Shown: positions 1-11,480 of the stretch, piece by piece
Layout: every line of letters starts with the position of its first letter
How positions within the stretch are numbered: position 1 is the first letter of the stretch
Assembly: GCA_021774265.1 (NCBI GenBank)
Contig: JAJFJG010000063.1
Span: forward strand, 1-61,813
DNA: 61,813 nucleotides
Reading direction: 5' to 3'
Source of the DNA: Nitrosomonas sp.
Lineage (GTDB): Bacteria > Pseudomonadota > Gammaproteobacteria > Burkholderiales > Nitrosomonadaceae
Program-made: the position numbers and the translations under genes
The notes under the pieces: model-generated
Database searches by the model: none
Told to the model about the DNA's origin: nothing
The model's input: the letters and a program-made list of their open reading frames with translations, nothing else

Positions 1-1
1 T

Positions 2-1299
<1,298 letters not shown>

Positions 1300-1300
<1 letters not shown>

Positions 1301-1620
1301 TGAAACTATTGACTCTCTCACTTATTTCCTTAATTGCTGTATTGCAATACCAGCTGTGGTATGGCAAAGGCAACTGGATAACCGTATGGGATCTAGAAAA
1401 ACAAGTCAAAACAGAGCGCCAGGCCAACCGCAACCTTCAGAGCCGCAACACGGTACTAGAAGCCGAGGTTAACGATTTGAAACAAGGCTTTGATGCGATT
1501 GAAGAGAGAGCGCGTAGTGAACTAGGAATGGTTAAACAAGATGAAATATTTTTTCAAGTTTTAACCAATAATCAAGATGATCTTATTGATGTTAACGAAC
1601 TGGGTAAACTGTTAAGATAA
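1300..1620 (+). CDS. ftsB: cell division protein FtsB
   Basis: LQYQLWYGKG after a TM, coiled coil, IEERARSELGMVK; start overlaps eno stop (TAATG); conserved eno-ftsB synteny. Confidence 0.96.
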
Positions 1621-1652
1621 CTTGTTTACTCAGCTTGTTTAACTCCCAGCCC

Positions 1653-3164
1653 CTAGTTCAACTGATAAACCGCACGATATTTATTCTTCAAGTATTCAAT
1701 AAAATAATTAGGATTAAGTGCTTCACCCGTTACTCTTTGCACTAATTGCTGCGGCGTATAAAGTCTGCCTTGACTATGAATTTTCTCGTTTAACCAGCTT
1801 CTAATTGGGGCAAAGTTTCCCATCTCTATATTATTTTCAGTATCTGGCAGGTCATTCACCATGGTTCTATAAAATTGGCAAGCGTAGATTGCACCTAAGG
1901 TATAGGATGGAAAATAGCCAAAAGCACCGCCACTCCAATGAGAGTCTTGCAACACACCCAACGTATCTGTTGGTGGTTTAACACCCAGATACTTCATCAT
2001 CATCTCATTCCATATCTCAGGCAAATCATTAACTGCCATCGAGCCATCAAATAAACCTTTCTCAATCTCATAACGCAAAATGACATGCAATGGATAGGTT
2101 AGCTCATCCGCTTCCACTCGGATAAAACCAGGTTGACAAGTATTAATCGCTTGATAAAGTGACTCATCACTTTGACCTCGCAAATTGTCTGGAAATGAGG
2201 CGCTTATAGTTTCAAAATAATGCGAACAGAAAAACTTACTCTGCGCAACCATCCGCTCCCAAAATAGTGATTGCGATTCATGTATCCCCATTGTCAGTGA
2301 TTGAGACACCGGCAAATCGCGCCCTTCCAACATACGCCCCTGCTCATACAGCCCATGCCCTGTCTCATGAATTACCGCATACAACGACTCTATAAAATCA
2401 TCTTCCTTATAACGCGTTGTAATACGAACATCAGTTGGGTGACTACCACCACAAAATGGATGAACCGATACGTCCATGCGGCCGCGATCAAAATCAAAAC
2501 CGATGTCTTGACTGATTCTTCGCCCTAACGATTCTTGCTTAGCAACAGGAAACGTCCCTTTTAAAAAAGAAACATTCGGATGATATGAACCTTCCTTAAT
2601 TGATTGAATGAGCGGGATTAATTCCGTCTTCATATAATCAAATATCGGAGTGATTTCTGTCATTGTTGTCCCACGCTCGAAATTATCGATATTCGCATCA
2701 TAAGGGTTTAAGTTAGGGAAAGCACATTGTGCCCAGGCTTTTTTTAATTCAAGAAATTGCTTCAACACAGGCGCAAAGTCCAAAAATTTATTTTCTTCAC
2801 GGGCCTTGACCCAACTAATATGCGCCCGCGATCCTAGCGCTGCCATCTCCATTACTAATTGCTTAGGTATCTTTGTTTCCAAATCAAAATCACGTTGTGC
2901 CTCATGAATATTACAGCGCTGCGACGCATTGAAAGCGCAATCATCCTCTTCTTGCAGCCCAAACAAACATTCACCAAGTTGAGCATCAGTCATTCGCTCA
3001 TGAATCACACCCGCAAGCGCAGAAATTTGTTGCGCGCGTGCTTCCGAAGCGCCTGATGGCATAACAACCTCTTGATCCCAGCTCAAGGTAGACATCACAC
3101 CATTAAGATACGAAATCTCTTCTAATTTATTAATTAGATTTTGATAATTCTTATTTATTGTCAT
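1653..3164 (-). CDS. M32 family (carboxypeptidase Taq-like) metallocarboxypeptidase
   Basis: 503 aa; HETGH (HEXXH), HPF, DVRITTRY, HESQSL, IRVEADE, GYFPSY. Confidence 0.96.
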   Translation of the reverse strand: MTINKNYQNLINKLEEISYLNGVMSTLSWDQEVVMPSGASEARAQQISALAGVIHERMTDAQLGECLFGLQEEDDCAFNASQRCNIHEAQRDFDLETKIPKQLVMEMAALGSRAHISWVKAREENKFLDFAPVLKQFLELKKAWAQCAFPNLNPYDANIDNFERGTTMTEITPIFDYMKTELIPLIQSIKEGSYHPNVSFLKGTFPVAKQESLGRRISQDIGFDFDRGRMDVSVHPFCGGSHPTDVRITTRYKEDDFIESLYAVIHETGHGLYEQGRMLEGRDLPVSQSLTMGIHESQSLFWERMVAQSKFFCSHYFETISASFPDNLRGQSDESLYQAINTCQPGFIRVEADELTYPLHVILRYEIEKGLFDGSMAVNDLPEIWNEMMMKYLGVKPPTDTLGVLQDSHWSGGAFGYFPSYTLGAIYACQFYRTMVNDLPDTENNIEMGNFAPIRSWLNEKIHSQGRLYTPQQLVQRVTGEALNPNYFIEYLKNKYRAVYQLN

Positions 3165-3713
3165 ATTTATTTTTCCAAACTAATCATTCATTAATTGGAA
3201 CACTTTATAATGTTAGAGTGGCTATTAATATTTCATTTACATTTAACTTGAAATTTTACTTAAACTATACAATATGACCTGATGGGCCATTCTTCCGGAA
3301 ATTTACCCTTGTTTGTTTCGTGGAAAAATGTTCGTTCTGGTAAAATGACATCGACTCTATAGACATAGTACACATAGGTAGGCGCAGTTCACTGGTACAG
3401 CTATTAGGCAAAAATTGCAAGTAGCTGAGATACAAGCCTCCATAAATATTTTTCAGGAGATCGCGGCTGCACTTTAGTCTAACTGATATTTTCACAAGTA
3501 AGTATATGATCAATATGCAGTTAACATTATCGCCTCACATAAAATGTCATTTTACACCTGACAGTATCAGCACTAGTTCCACTAAATATAGGGAACTACC
3601 ATGGTATTTCTCACAAATGAACACATAGCGCATAGTATATGATTACCAATTACTCTTATACTATGCCTCCTAATTACACACTACAACTACATTTTTATGA
3701 AAAGGAAACCCAA

Positions 3714-4343
3714 GTGAATGCTCTGCATATTTGTGTTGTAAGACGGTTAGTCTACATAATCTCCTTATTATCAGTTTTTGCGCTGGGTGGCTGCACCACT
3801 TATCCGCTACTTTCAGACACTGATGAAATAGCAGCCCCACATGATTACCTTATCGGTCCAGGTGATAACGTCAACATCATTGTTTGGCGCAACCCTGAAA
3901 TCTCGATGTCGGTCCCTGTTCGTCCAGACGGAAAAATCACTACTCCTTTGGTTGAAGATTTATCAGCGAGCGGTAAAACTGCAACAATACTAGCTCGCGA
4001 CATTGAAGAAACCTTGTCCAAATATATTCAACAACCTGTCGTGACCGTTATTGTGACGCAATTTATTGGTCCCTATAGCGAACAAATTCGGGTTATTGGC
4101 GAAGCTGCGCAACCTCAAGCTTTGGCTTACCGAGAAGAAATGTCATTAATGGACGTTTTAATTGCTGTTGGCGGCATAACAGACTTTGCTGCAGGTAATC
4201 GAGCCAGAATTATAAGGAATATTAACGGCGAGCAACAGCAATTTAGAGTGCGCTTAAATGACCTAATAAGAGACGGTGATATTTCGGCCAATGTGCCCAT
4301 GGTTCAAGGTGATGTTCTTGTGATTCCTGAGAGCTTTTTCTAA
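3714..4343 (+). CDS. XrtA/PEP-CTERM system polysaccharide export lipoprotein (Wza-like)
   Basis: Lipobox LGGC, YLIGPGD...VRPDGKITTPLVED, SLBB-type C-terminus. GTG at 3714 with SD AAGGA preferred over ORF-track start 3639. Confidence 0.92.
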   Translation: MNALHICVVRRLVYIISLLSVFALGGCTTYPLLSDTDEIAAPHDYLIGPGDNVNIIVWRNPEISMSVPVRPDGKITTPLVEDLSASGKTATILARDIEETLSKYIQQPVVTVIVTQFIGPYSEQIRVIGEAAQPQALAYREEMSLMDVLIAVGGITDFAAGNRARIIRNINGEQQQFRVRLNDLIRDGDISANVPMVQGDVLVIPESFF

Positions 4344-4400
4344 TGACAATTTTTTTGTTCCGAGATAACTCATTTTATCCTTCAAAGGAGCATTTAAAAC

Positions 4401-5966
4401 ATGGATGAGTTAATCGCTCAACTGTATGTATATATTAAAGGTACTTGGAGGTATCGTTGGTTAGCAGTGACGCTTGCTTGGATCGTTGCTATAGCAGGAT
4501 GGGTCACTGTCTATAATTTACCCGATAATTATAAAGCATCGGCACGTATTTATGTTGATACACAAAATATTTTACAACCGTTAATGCAAGGCATGACGGT
4601 CACACCAAATGCGCAGCAACAAGTTTCCATTATAAGTCGAACTCTGATTAATCGCCCAAACCTTGAGCGTATCATGCGTATGGTTGATCTTGATATTACA
4701 GTTAACAATGAAACCGAAAGAGAAGAGCTGGTTACCGACCTAATGTCAGATATCCAATTAAATGCTGCGGGTGGAGACAATATTTTCACCATTTCAATTA
4801 ATAATGAAGACCCATTGCTCGCAAAAAACATTGTTCAATCACTATTAACCATTTTTGTCGAAGAAGGCTTGGATGGCAAAAGAGAAGACTCTTCATCTGC
4901 ACTGCGCTTCATTGACCAGCAAATTGCCGCATATGAAGCTAAGTTAATCGCAGCCGAAAAAGCTCTTACAGTCTTTAAGCAGGAGAATCTTGGATTATTA
5001 CCTGGGCAACAAGGCGGCGATTATTATTCACAATTAATTGAAGCAGGTGAAAATTTAAGAAGAGCGGAACTTGCGTTACGAGAGGGCGAACAAGCAAGAA
5101 AAGCCATAAAAAAACAAATAGCGGGCGATGAACCAATTTTTACTTTTGAGCCATTTAGTACAGAATCTGATGTCATTGTAGACATAGAAATTGATACGCG
5201 CATACAATCATTAAATGAAAATCTCGACACATTGAGACTAAACTTTACTGATCAACATCCTGACATCGTCTCAACCATACGCCTTATTGATCAATTGGAA
5301 AAACGCAAAAAAGAAGAAGCAAAACCCATATATCCCACTGGTGATCCTGGAAGAAATTACAGTCCTATGCTGCAACAGCTTAACGTCGCACTGGCTGAAG
5401 CTGAAGCTGTTGTTGCATCAATGCAAGCTAGGGTTGAAGAATATACTGCGCGTCATGAACACTTAAAAGCATTGAGTGTTGCAATACCTAAAGTAGAATC
5501 TGAGTTTACTCAACTAAACAGAGATTACAGCGCCAATAAAGCTAATTATGAGCAGTTACTTGAACGTCGCATCTCCGCTCAAATGTCTGGCGAGCTGACT
5601 TCAGCATCAGGTTTACTCTCATTTAGAATTGTTGACCCACCAACAGTACCAGACAAACCTGACGGCCCAAATCGACCGATATTTTTTAGTTTAGTTTTTC
5701 TAGCAGCCTTAGGTATTGGCATCGTTGTGGCATTTGTTATAAGCCAAATTCGTCCTGCTTTTTATAGTCAAAGTAATTTGCGTGAAGTTTCTGGATTGAC
5801 TGTGTTAGGCACAGTCCCCATGATTTGGACTGATTATGAACAAATTAAGCAAAGAAGGCGTCTCTATGCTTTTGGTTTTTCGTTGCTATGCCTTGCGGGC
5901 ATCTATACTTTTTTAATGATTTTTTTTGAAAAAATTGATTCTGCATTGTCTAGCTTGCCATTTTAA
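4401..5966 (+). CDS. XrtA system polysaccharide chain length determinant (Wzz/Wzc membrane part)
   Basis: 521 aa; N-terminal TM, long coiled-coil periplasmic region, FRIVDPPTVP..GPNR, C-terminal TMs; SD AAGGAG. Confidence 0.92.
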   Translation: MDELIAQLYVYIKGTWRYRWLAVTLAWIVAIAGWVTVYNLPDNYKASARIYVDTQNILQPLMQGMTVTPNAQQQVSIISRTLINRPNLERIMRMVDLDITVNNETEREELVTDLMSDIQLNAAGGDNIFTISINNEDPLLAKNIVQSLLTIFVEEGLDGKREDSSSALRFIDQQIAAYEAKLIAAEKALTVFKQENLGLLPGQQGGDYYSQLIEAGENLRRAELALREGEQARKAIKKQIAGDEPIFTFEPFSTESDVIVDIEIDTRIQSLNENLDTLRLNFTDQHPDIVSTIRLIDQLEKRKKEEAKPIYPTGDPGRNYSPMLQQLNVALAEAEAVVASMQARVEEYTARHEHLKALSVAIPKVESEFTQLNRDYSANKANYEQLLERRISAQMSGELTSASGLLSFRIVDPPTVPDKPDGPNRPIFFSLVFLAALGIGIVVAFVISQIRPAFYSQSNLREVSGLTVLGTVPMIWTDYEQIKQRRRLYAFGFSLLCLAGIYTFLMIFFEKIDSALSSLPF

Positions 5967-6035
5967 TTAAAATTTGAAATAAAATGGCATTATCAATAAA
6001 ACCTCGTTAACGTGGCTTAATAATTGGAGGAAAGT

Positions 6036-6944
6036 TTGAGTATCATTGAAAAGGCTGCTAATAAGCTTAGAAAGAGTGCTAATGCCAGTACAAAGCAACC
6101 CTCTACTAATGAGATTTCCACTAGCAAAGAAAAACAAGCACAACTTTCTCACGACGATAAGCCAGCTAAAATCATTATCAATCAGACGCTGTCACCACTC
6201 GTCCCTGAAACAGATCAGGTATTCATCGATCTCGACAAATTAAGTAAATTAGGCGTTGTAACGCCCGATCAAGGAAAAACCCAGATAGCCGAACAATTCA
6301 GGGTAATTAAACGTCCATTATTAACAAATGCATTTGCGGATCCTAAAATAATAAAGAAAGGCAACCTGATTATGGTTGCCAGCTCCTTGACTGGAGAAGG
6401 AAAAAGTTTTTGTTCGGTAAACTTAGCAATGAGCATTGCTTCTGAATTGGATCATAGAGTTTTATTGATTGACGCCGATGTCGCTCGACCATCAATACCC
6501 GGAATTCTTGGTTTTGGACAAAAAAAAGGCCTGCTGGATATTCTTCTTGATAAAAAGCTTGATATATCAGATGTCATGCTACAAACAAGTGTTGACAAAT
6601 TGACACTACTTACTGCAGGTGAAGAAAGACACTCACATGCCACCGAATTGCTTGCAGGTCACCGCATGGGACTATTGTTAGATGAATTGGCACAGCGTTA
6701 TCATGACCGAGTTGTGATCTTTGATTCTCCACCACTATTACTAACCAGTGAAGCGCGAGTTTTGGCTGCACGAATGGGTCAAATTGTCCTAGTAGTTGAA
6801 GCCGAACAGACAACTCAGCAAGCCGTTAAAGAAGCACTTAAGCAAATTGAATCTTGCACTTCAATTAACTTAATCTATAACAAAGCCAGAGCTTTTTCTG
6901 GAAAAGAATACTATGGTTATGGTTATGGGTATAATTATTCATGA
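6036..6944 (+). CDS. XrtA-associated BY-kinase (tyrosine autokinase)
   Basis: Walker A SSLTGEGKS, LIDAD, IFDSPP, C-terminal Tyr cluster YYGYGYGYNY. TTG at 6036 follows GGAGG and gives MSIIEKA (track start 6024 overlaps the SD). Confidence 0.93.
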   Translation: MSIIEKAANKLRKSANASTKQPSTNEISTSKEKQAQLSHDDKPAKIIINQTLSPLVPETDQVFIDLDKLSKLGVVTPDQGKTQIAEQFRVIKRPLLTNAFADPKIIKKGNLIMVASSLTGEGKSFCSVNLAMSIASELDHRVLLIDADVARPSIPGILGFGQKKGLLDILLDKKLDISDVMLQTSVDKLTLLTAGEERHSHATELLAGHRMGLLLDELAQRYHDRVVIFDSPPLLLTSEARVLAARMGQIVLVVEAEQTTQQAVKEALKQIESCTSINLIYNKARAFSGKEYYGYGYGYNYS

Positions 6945-8512
6945 AATGCCGTGGGTATAACACTAGCTATGATGATGTATTATCCAAAGCATGTTGTGCG
7001 CTGTTAATAATACTAGGGTCATCCTTTCCTGATACTTTTGCGGCTGAATGGAATTTCAACCCACGGTTAACTGTTAGCGAAACATATACTGACAATGTTC
7101 GATTAGGTGCTGCTGGAATTGGGGCTGGTGGATTTGGAGGATTTGGAGGTGTGGGCAACCAGCAAGGGGGCGATTTTATAACACAAATCAATCCTGGAAT
7201 ATTATTTACAGGTGTTGGGCGACGATTTAATTTAAGCACCGATTACACGATGAATAATCTAATTTTTGCTCAAAATAGCAACTTTAGCAGAATAAGACAT
7301 CAATTAAATGCTAATGCAACGACTGAGATAATTAAAGACTTTTTCTTTATTGATGGTACGGCTAGAAGAATGCAACAAAATGCATCTCTGATTGGCCCAC
7401 AAGCAGTTGACAACACAAATGTAACAGGAAATAGAATTGATTTAAGGACTTATAACATCAGCCCCTATTTGCGTTATCGTTTCAAACGTCTTGCTTCTAC
7501 TGAGTTGCGTTATACACGTGGAATCGTTGAGTCAAATTTACGAAATGGACTTAGAAATAGCCAGAGAGACAGTTATCAGTTTATGCTGAATAGTGGCAGT
7601 GCATTCAGAACACTGCAATGGGGTTTAAACTACAGTAAAAATATTATCCATTTTACACGCACCGATAGAGAAATTAAGATGGAGCGATCAATTGCAAACC
7701 TTCGTTACAACCTAACGTCGCAATTCGCTTTAACCGCAACAGGTGGATATGAAGATAACGATTTCGGTTCAGCCAGTAACCGTAACATGTCCGCACCATC
7801 CTGGACCATTGGTTTCTTTTGGGCGCCAACAACAAGAACCGAGATCGATCTTGCCGCCGGAAAAAGATTCTTCGGTGACACATACAGAGCTGAAGCTAAC
7901 CACCGTACGCGCTTAACCACATGGTCTGCGAGATATATCGAAGAAGTTACTACATTTAATCAACAAGCTGGTCTAGCTGGGGGCTTTGAGAACTTTGGGG
8001 GGATTGGAGGCCTTGGAGGCCTTGGGAGCCTTGATTCATTAGGTGCACTGAATAGCTTAAACAATGGACTTTTTCTACAGAAACGATTCAGTGCTTCTGT
8101 TAGTTTAAATGGCGTTAGAAACACACTGTCATTTAGAATTTTTAATTTATCTCGCAAGTCACTTTCATCTATAGATGATAACGTCGAGTTATTTGGGCTA
8201 GATAATGAAGAGGGGTTAGCTCTGGCGCAGCTAACCCGAAACATAAAACAAACAGGAGCCAATGCTAGATGGAATTACAAATTTAGTCCTCGCACTAACG
8301 CTTCTCTCGGTGCTAGTTTCGTAAAATTCAAGCTTGCAAGCTCTAATACAACAACTAACAATATGATATATGACGCAAGCTTAACAAGAAATCTCCAGTC
8401 CAACCTAACTGGAATATTAAGTTATCGGCGTATACAGCGGCAAGGCGGATCAAGCCAGTTTGGAAGTTTAAGCGCAAATTCTATTACCGCCTCTTTAAGA
8501 ATGGATTTTTAG
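6941..8512 (+). CDS. PEP-CTERM system-associated outer-membrane beta-barrel protein (TIGR03016-like)
   Basis: Signal peptide, PRLTVSETYTDNV motif, alternating beta-strand pattern, terminal Phe; position in the XrtA operon. Confidence 0.88.
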   Translation: MKCRGYNTSYDDVLSKACCALLIILGSSFPDTFAAEWNFNPRLTVSETYTDNVRLGAAGIGAGGFGGFGGVGNQQGGDFITQINPGILFTGVGRRFNLSTDYTMNNLIFAQNSNFSRIRHQLNANATTEIIKDFFFIDGTARRMQQNASLIGPQAVDNTNVTGNRIDLRTYNISPYLRYRFKRLASTELRYTRGIVESNLRNGLRNSQRDSYQFMLNSGSAFRTLQWGLNYSKNIIHFTRTDREIKMERSIANLRYNLTSQFALTATGGYEDNDFGSASNRNMSAPSWTIGFFWAPTTRTEIDLAAGKRFFGDTYRAEANHRTRLTTWSARYIEEVTTFNQQAGLAGGFENFGGIGGLGGLGSLDSLGALNSLNNGLFLQKRFSASVSLNGVRNTLSFRIFNLSRKSLSSIDDNVELFGLDNEEGLALAQLTRNIKQTGANARWNYKFSPRTNASLGASFVKFKLASSNTTTNNMIYDASLTRNLQSNLTGILSYRRIQRQGGSSQFGSLSANSITASLRMDF

Positions 8513-8522
8513 AAGGAAAATA

Positions 8523-9521
8523 ATGTACGAATCATATTATGGTCTGACTGCGAAACCATTCCAACTACAGCCTGATCCGAGTTTTTTCTTTGCCAGCAAA
8601 GGCCACAAACGTGCCATGGCCTATCTAGAATACGGCCTATCGCAAAGCGAGGGATTCATTATTATCACTGGAGAAGTTGGCGCAGGTAAAACCACACTCA
8701 TGCGCACGCTCTTTAAGAAACTGGAATCTGAAGAGATCATTTCCGCTCAGATTGTAAATACTTATCTGAATGCCGATGAAGTATTAAGGATGGTTGCAGC
8801 AGCATTTGGATTAAATATTGAAAATATAACTAAGGCTTCCCTATTACTTGAGCTGGAGAAATTTCTCCGTCAATGTGATCAACAAGGTAAACGCGCACTT
8901 TTAGTGGTTGATGAAGCACAAAATCTTTCAGCCGACACACTTGAACAGCTAAGGATGCTGTCTAACTATCAAACAGATAATAAACCACTCCTACAAACTT
9001 TTTTACTTGGCCAACCAGAATTTAGGCGGATATTATTAGGAAATAATATGCAACAACTACGCCAGCGCGTCATCGCCACCTATCATTTAGGTCCAATAGA
9101 CGTCTTGGAAACTAGAGCATATATTGAGCATCGTTTAAACACGGTTGGCTGGCGAGGTGATCCGATTATACAAGACGAGGCTTTTCCGCTTATACATGAA
9201 CATAGCGGCGGCATCCCACGTAAAATCAATACCCTCTGTGACCGTATGTTAATAATGGGTTACCTAGATGAACTGCACAGTTTTGGCGCCCATGAGGTGA
9301 GAGAAGTCATTCAGGATATTCAACAAGAATTTGATTCTTCAGATTTAAAGTTTGACGAACCTAACTTGCCTCCTAACACCAAAAATAATAACCTCAATGT
9401 TGAACAAATGGATGAGCGTCTCAATAAAATGGAGAAGTCCGTTATTTCTGTCTTAGATTTATTAAAACAGGTTCTATCACTATCCAGTGTAAAGAGCAGA
9501 ACAGAAAAAGACAAGTTATAG
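8523..9521 (+). CDS. XrtA/PEP-CTERM system-associated ExeA-like ATPase
   Basis: MYESYYGL..KPFQLQPDP, Walker A GEVGAGKT, Walker B VVDEAQ, GQPE, GIPRKIN. Confidence 0.93.
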   Translation: MYESYYGLTAKPFQLQPDPSFFFASKGHKRAMAYLEYGLSQSEGFIIITGEVGAGKTTLMRTLFKKLESEEIISAQIVNTYLNADEVLRMVAAAFGLNIENITKASLLLELEKFLRQCDQQGKRALLVVDEAQNLSADTLEQLRMLSNYQTDNKPLLQTFLLGQPEFRRILLGNNMQQLRQRVIATYHLGPIDVLETRAYIEHRLNTVGWRGDPIIQDEAFPLIHEHSGGIPRKINTLCDRMLIMGYLDELHSFGAHEVREVIQDIQQEFDSSDLKFDEPNLPPNTKNNNLNVEQMDERLNKMEKSVISVLDLLKQVLSLSSVKSRTEKDKL

Positions 9522-9557
9522 CGATTGTAATTCACAAATATTAAACCAAGAAAACAA

Positions 9558-10403
9558 ATGAAACCAATACGCAACGCCATGACAATTGATGTTGAAGACT
9601 ATTTCCAGGTTTCTGCCTTTGCATCCCATATTCCAAGAGAATCATGGGACTCTTTGCCATGTCGGGTTGAGAAAAATATAGATCGAATACTTATATTACT
9701 GGATGATAAACAAATAAAAGCTACTTTTTTCACTTTAGGTTGGATTGCCAAACGTTATCCATCAATGATAAAACGTATGGTAGAAAATGGACATGAGATT
9801 GCCAGTCATGGTTGGTCGCACTACAGAGTTACAGATCAACAACCTTCAGAATTTAAAGAAGACATTACGAAAAGTAAAGCATTACTAGAAGATATTAGTG
9901 GCCAGCCTGTATTAGGTTACCGCGCACCTAGCTTTTCCATTAACCACAACAATCTCTGGGCTTTAGAATTTCTCCAAGAAGCAGGGTACCAGTATAGCTC
10001 TAGCATCTATCCCGTACAGCATGATCATTATGGCATGCCAGATGCGCCACGTTTTAGTTTTCACCCACCAGAAGGCAAAGGCTTACTTGAGTTACCTATC
10101 ACAACAACACGACTATTTGGTCACAATGTCCCTGCTGGCGGCGGTGGTTATTTTCGCCTATGGCCTTACCCTGTTTCGCGTTGGTTCTTAAACAGAGTCA
10201 ATCAGATTGATACTCAACCCGCAATTTTCTATTTTCATCCATGGGAAATTGACTTTGAACAACCTCGCCAAGAAGGCATTAACTTAAAAACACGTTTTCG
10301 TCATTATCTAAATTTGCACCGAATGGAAGGAAGGCTCCGATCGTTAACCCATGATTTTAAATGGGGCCGTATGGATCATATTTTTTTAACACCAACTTCG
10401 TAA
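9558..10403 (+). CDS. XrtA system polysaccharide deacetylase (CE4-like)
   Basis: TIDVEDYFQV, HEIASHGWSH, GYRAPSFS, GGGYFRL, YFHPWEID. Confidence 0.93.
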   Translation: MKPIRNAMTIDVEDYFQVSAFASHIPRESWDSLPCRVEKNIDRILILLDDKQIKATFFTLGWIAKRYPSMIKRMVENGHEIASHGWSHYRVTDQQPSEFKEDITKSKALLEDISGQPVLGYRAPSFSINHNNLWALEFLQEAGYQYSSSIYPVQHDHYGMPDAPRFSFHPPEGKGLLELPITTTRLFGHNVPAGGGGYFRLWPYPVSRWFLNRVNQIDTQPAIFYFHPWEIDFEQPRQEGINLKTRFRHYLNLHRMEGRLRSLTHDFKWGRMDHIFLTPTS

Positions 10404-10417
10404 GCGCTTGCAATTTT

Positions 10418-11479
10418 ATGTCTAAAGATCTCAATGACTCCGTATTGATAACGCCACCATCCGTTCACTATATACAACCAGAAGATTATGAAAGATGGGA
10501 TCAATTCATTTCAAGTTGCCCAGATGCCACTTTTTTTCATCGTGCAGGCTGGCAAACAGTAATCGAGCGAGCCTTTGGGCATAAAACTTGGTTTCTTTAT
10601 GCTGAGCTGAATGGTGAAATTCTAGGTGTGCTTCCTTTAGCTGAGGTCAGAAGCGTTCTCTTTGGACACTCTCTGAGCGCACTCCCCTTCTGTGTCTATG
10701 GTGGTATTGCCGCAATTAACAAACAAGCCTGGCAAGCGCTTGATCAGGCCGCTCAGGCATTAGCCACACAATTAAATGTCGACTATCTAGAATACCGTAA
10801 TCGTGAAATAAAACATTCAGATTGGCCAACTAAAGATCTCTATGTCACTTTTCGTAAAGAGATTGACCCCGACGTGGAAAAAAATATGCAAGCAATTCCG
10901 CGCAAACAACGCGCCATGGTTCGCAAAGGGATTAAAGCTGAACTGCAAAGCGTTATTGACCAAGATATTGAACGTTTCTTCGTTGCATACGCAACAAGCG
11001 TCCATCGTTTGGGTACACCCGTTTTCTCTAAAAAGTATTTTCAATTACTCAAAGAGGTTTTTGCTGAAGACTGTGAATTAATGATTATTACTAAAGATGA
11101 CAAAACAGTTAGTAGTGTCATGAGTTTTTATTTCCGAGATGAAGTCTTACCTTATTACGGAGGTGGAACTGATAGCGCCAGAAACCTCGCGGCCAATGAC
11201 TTTATGTATTGGGAATTAATGCGCCGAGCCTGTGAAAAAGAATACAAAATTTTTGATTTTGGTCGAAGCAAACGTAATACAGGCTCTTTTAGTTTCAAAA
11301 AGAACTGGGGATTCGAACCACAACCACTGCATTATGAATACCAGCTCGTTAAAGCGAAGGAAATACCTGATCACAACCCTCTGAATCCTAAGTATCAGTT
11401 GTTTATTAAAGCCTGGCGAAAACTACCACTTTCTGTTGCTAATTTAGTTGGTCCCCATATTGTGAAGAACCTAGGCTAA
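10418..11479 (+). CDS. FemAB-family (GNAT-fold) XrtA/PEP-CTERM system-associated protein
   Basis: ATFFHRAGW, LPFCVYGG, RKQRAMVRKG, FDFGRSK..TGS..FKKNWGF. ATG 10418 preferred over track start 10361, which overlaps the previous gene. Confidence 0.9.
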   Translation: MSKDLNDSVLITPPSVHYIQPEDYERWDQFISSCPDATFFHRAGWQTVIERAFGHKTWFLYAELNGEILGVLPLAEVRSVLFGHSLSALPFCVYGGIAAINKQAWQALDQAAQALATQLNVDYLEYRNREIKHSDWPTKDLYVTFRKEIDPDVEKNMQAIPRKQRAMVRKGIKAELQSVIDQDIERFFVAYATSVHRLGTPVFSKKYFQLLKEVFAEDCELMIITKDDKTVSSVMSFYFRDEVLPYYGGGTDSARNLAANDFMYWELMRRACEKEYKIFDFGRSKRNTGSFSFKKNWGFEPQPLHYEYQLVKAKEIPDHNPLNPKYQLFIKAWRKLPLSVANLVGPHIVKNLG

Positions 11480-11480
11480 C

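Noticed and set aside
3265-3513. 82-aa ORF in the carboxypeptidase/EPS divergent spacer
   Set aside because: Non-ATG start, no motif or clear SD; more likely promoter DNA.
3545-3563. TGTCA-N9-TGACA palindrome as a sigma-54 enhancer for the EPS operon
   Set aside because: No convincing GG-N10-GC promoter found downstream; a similar palindrome near 58040 has different spacing.
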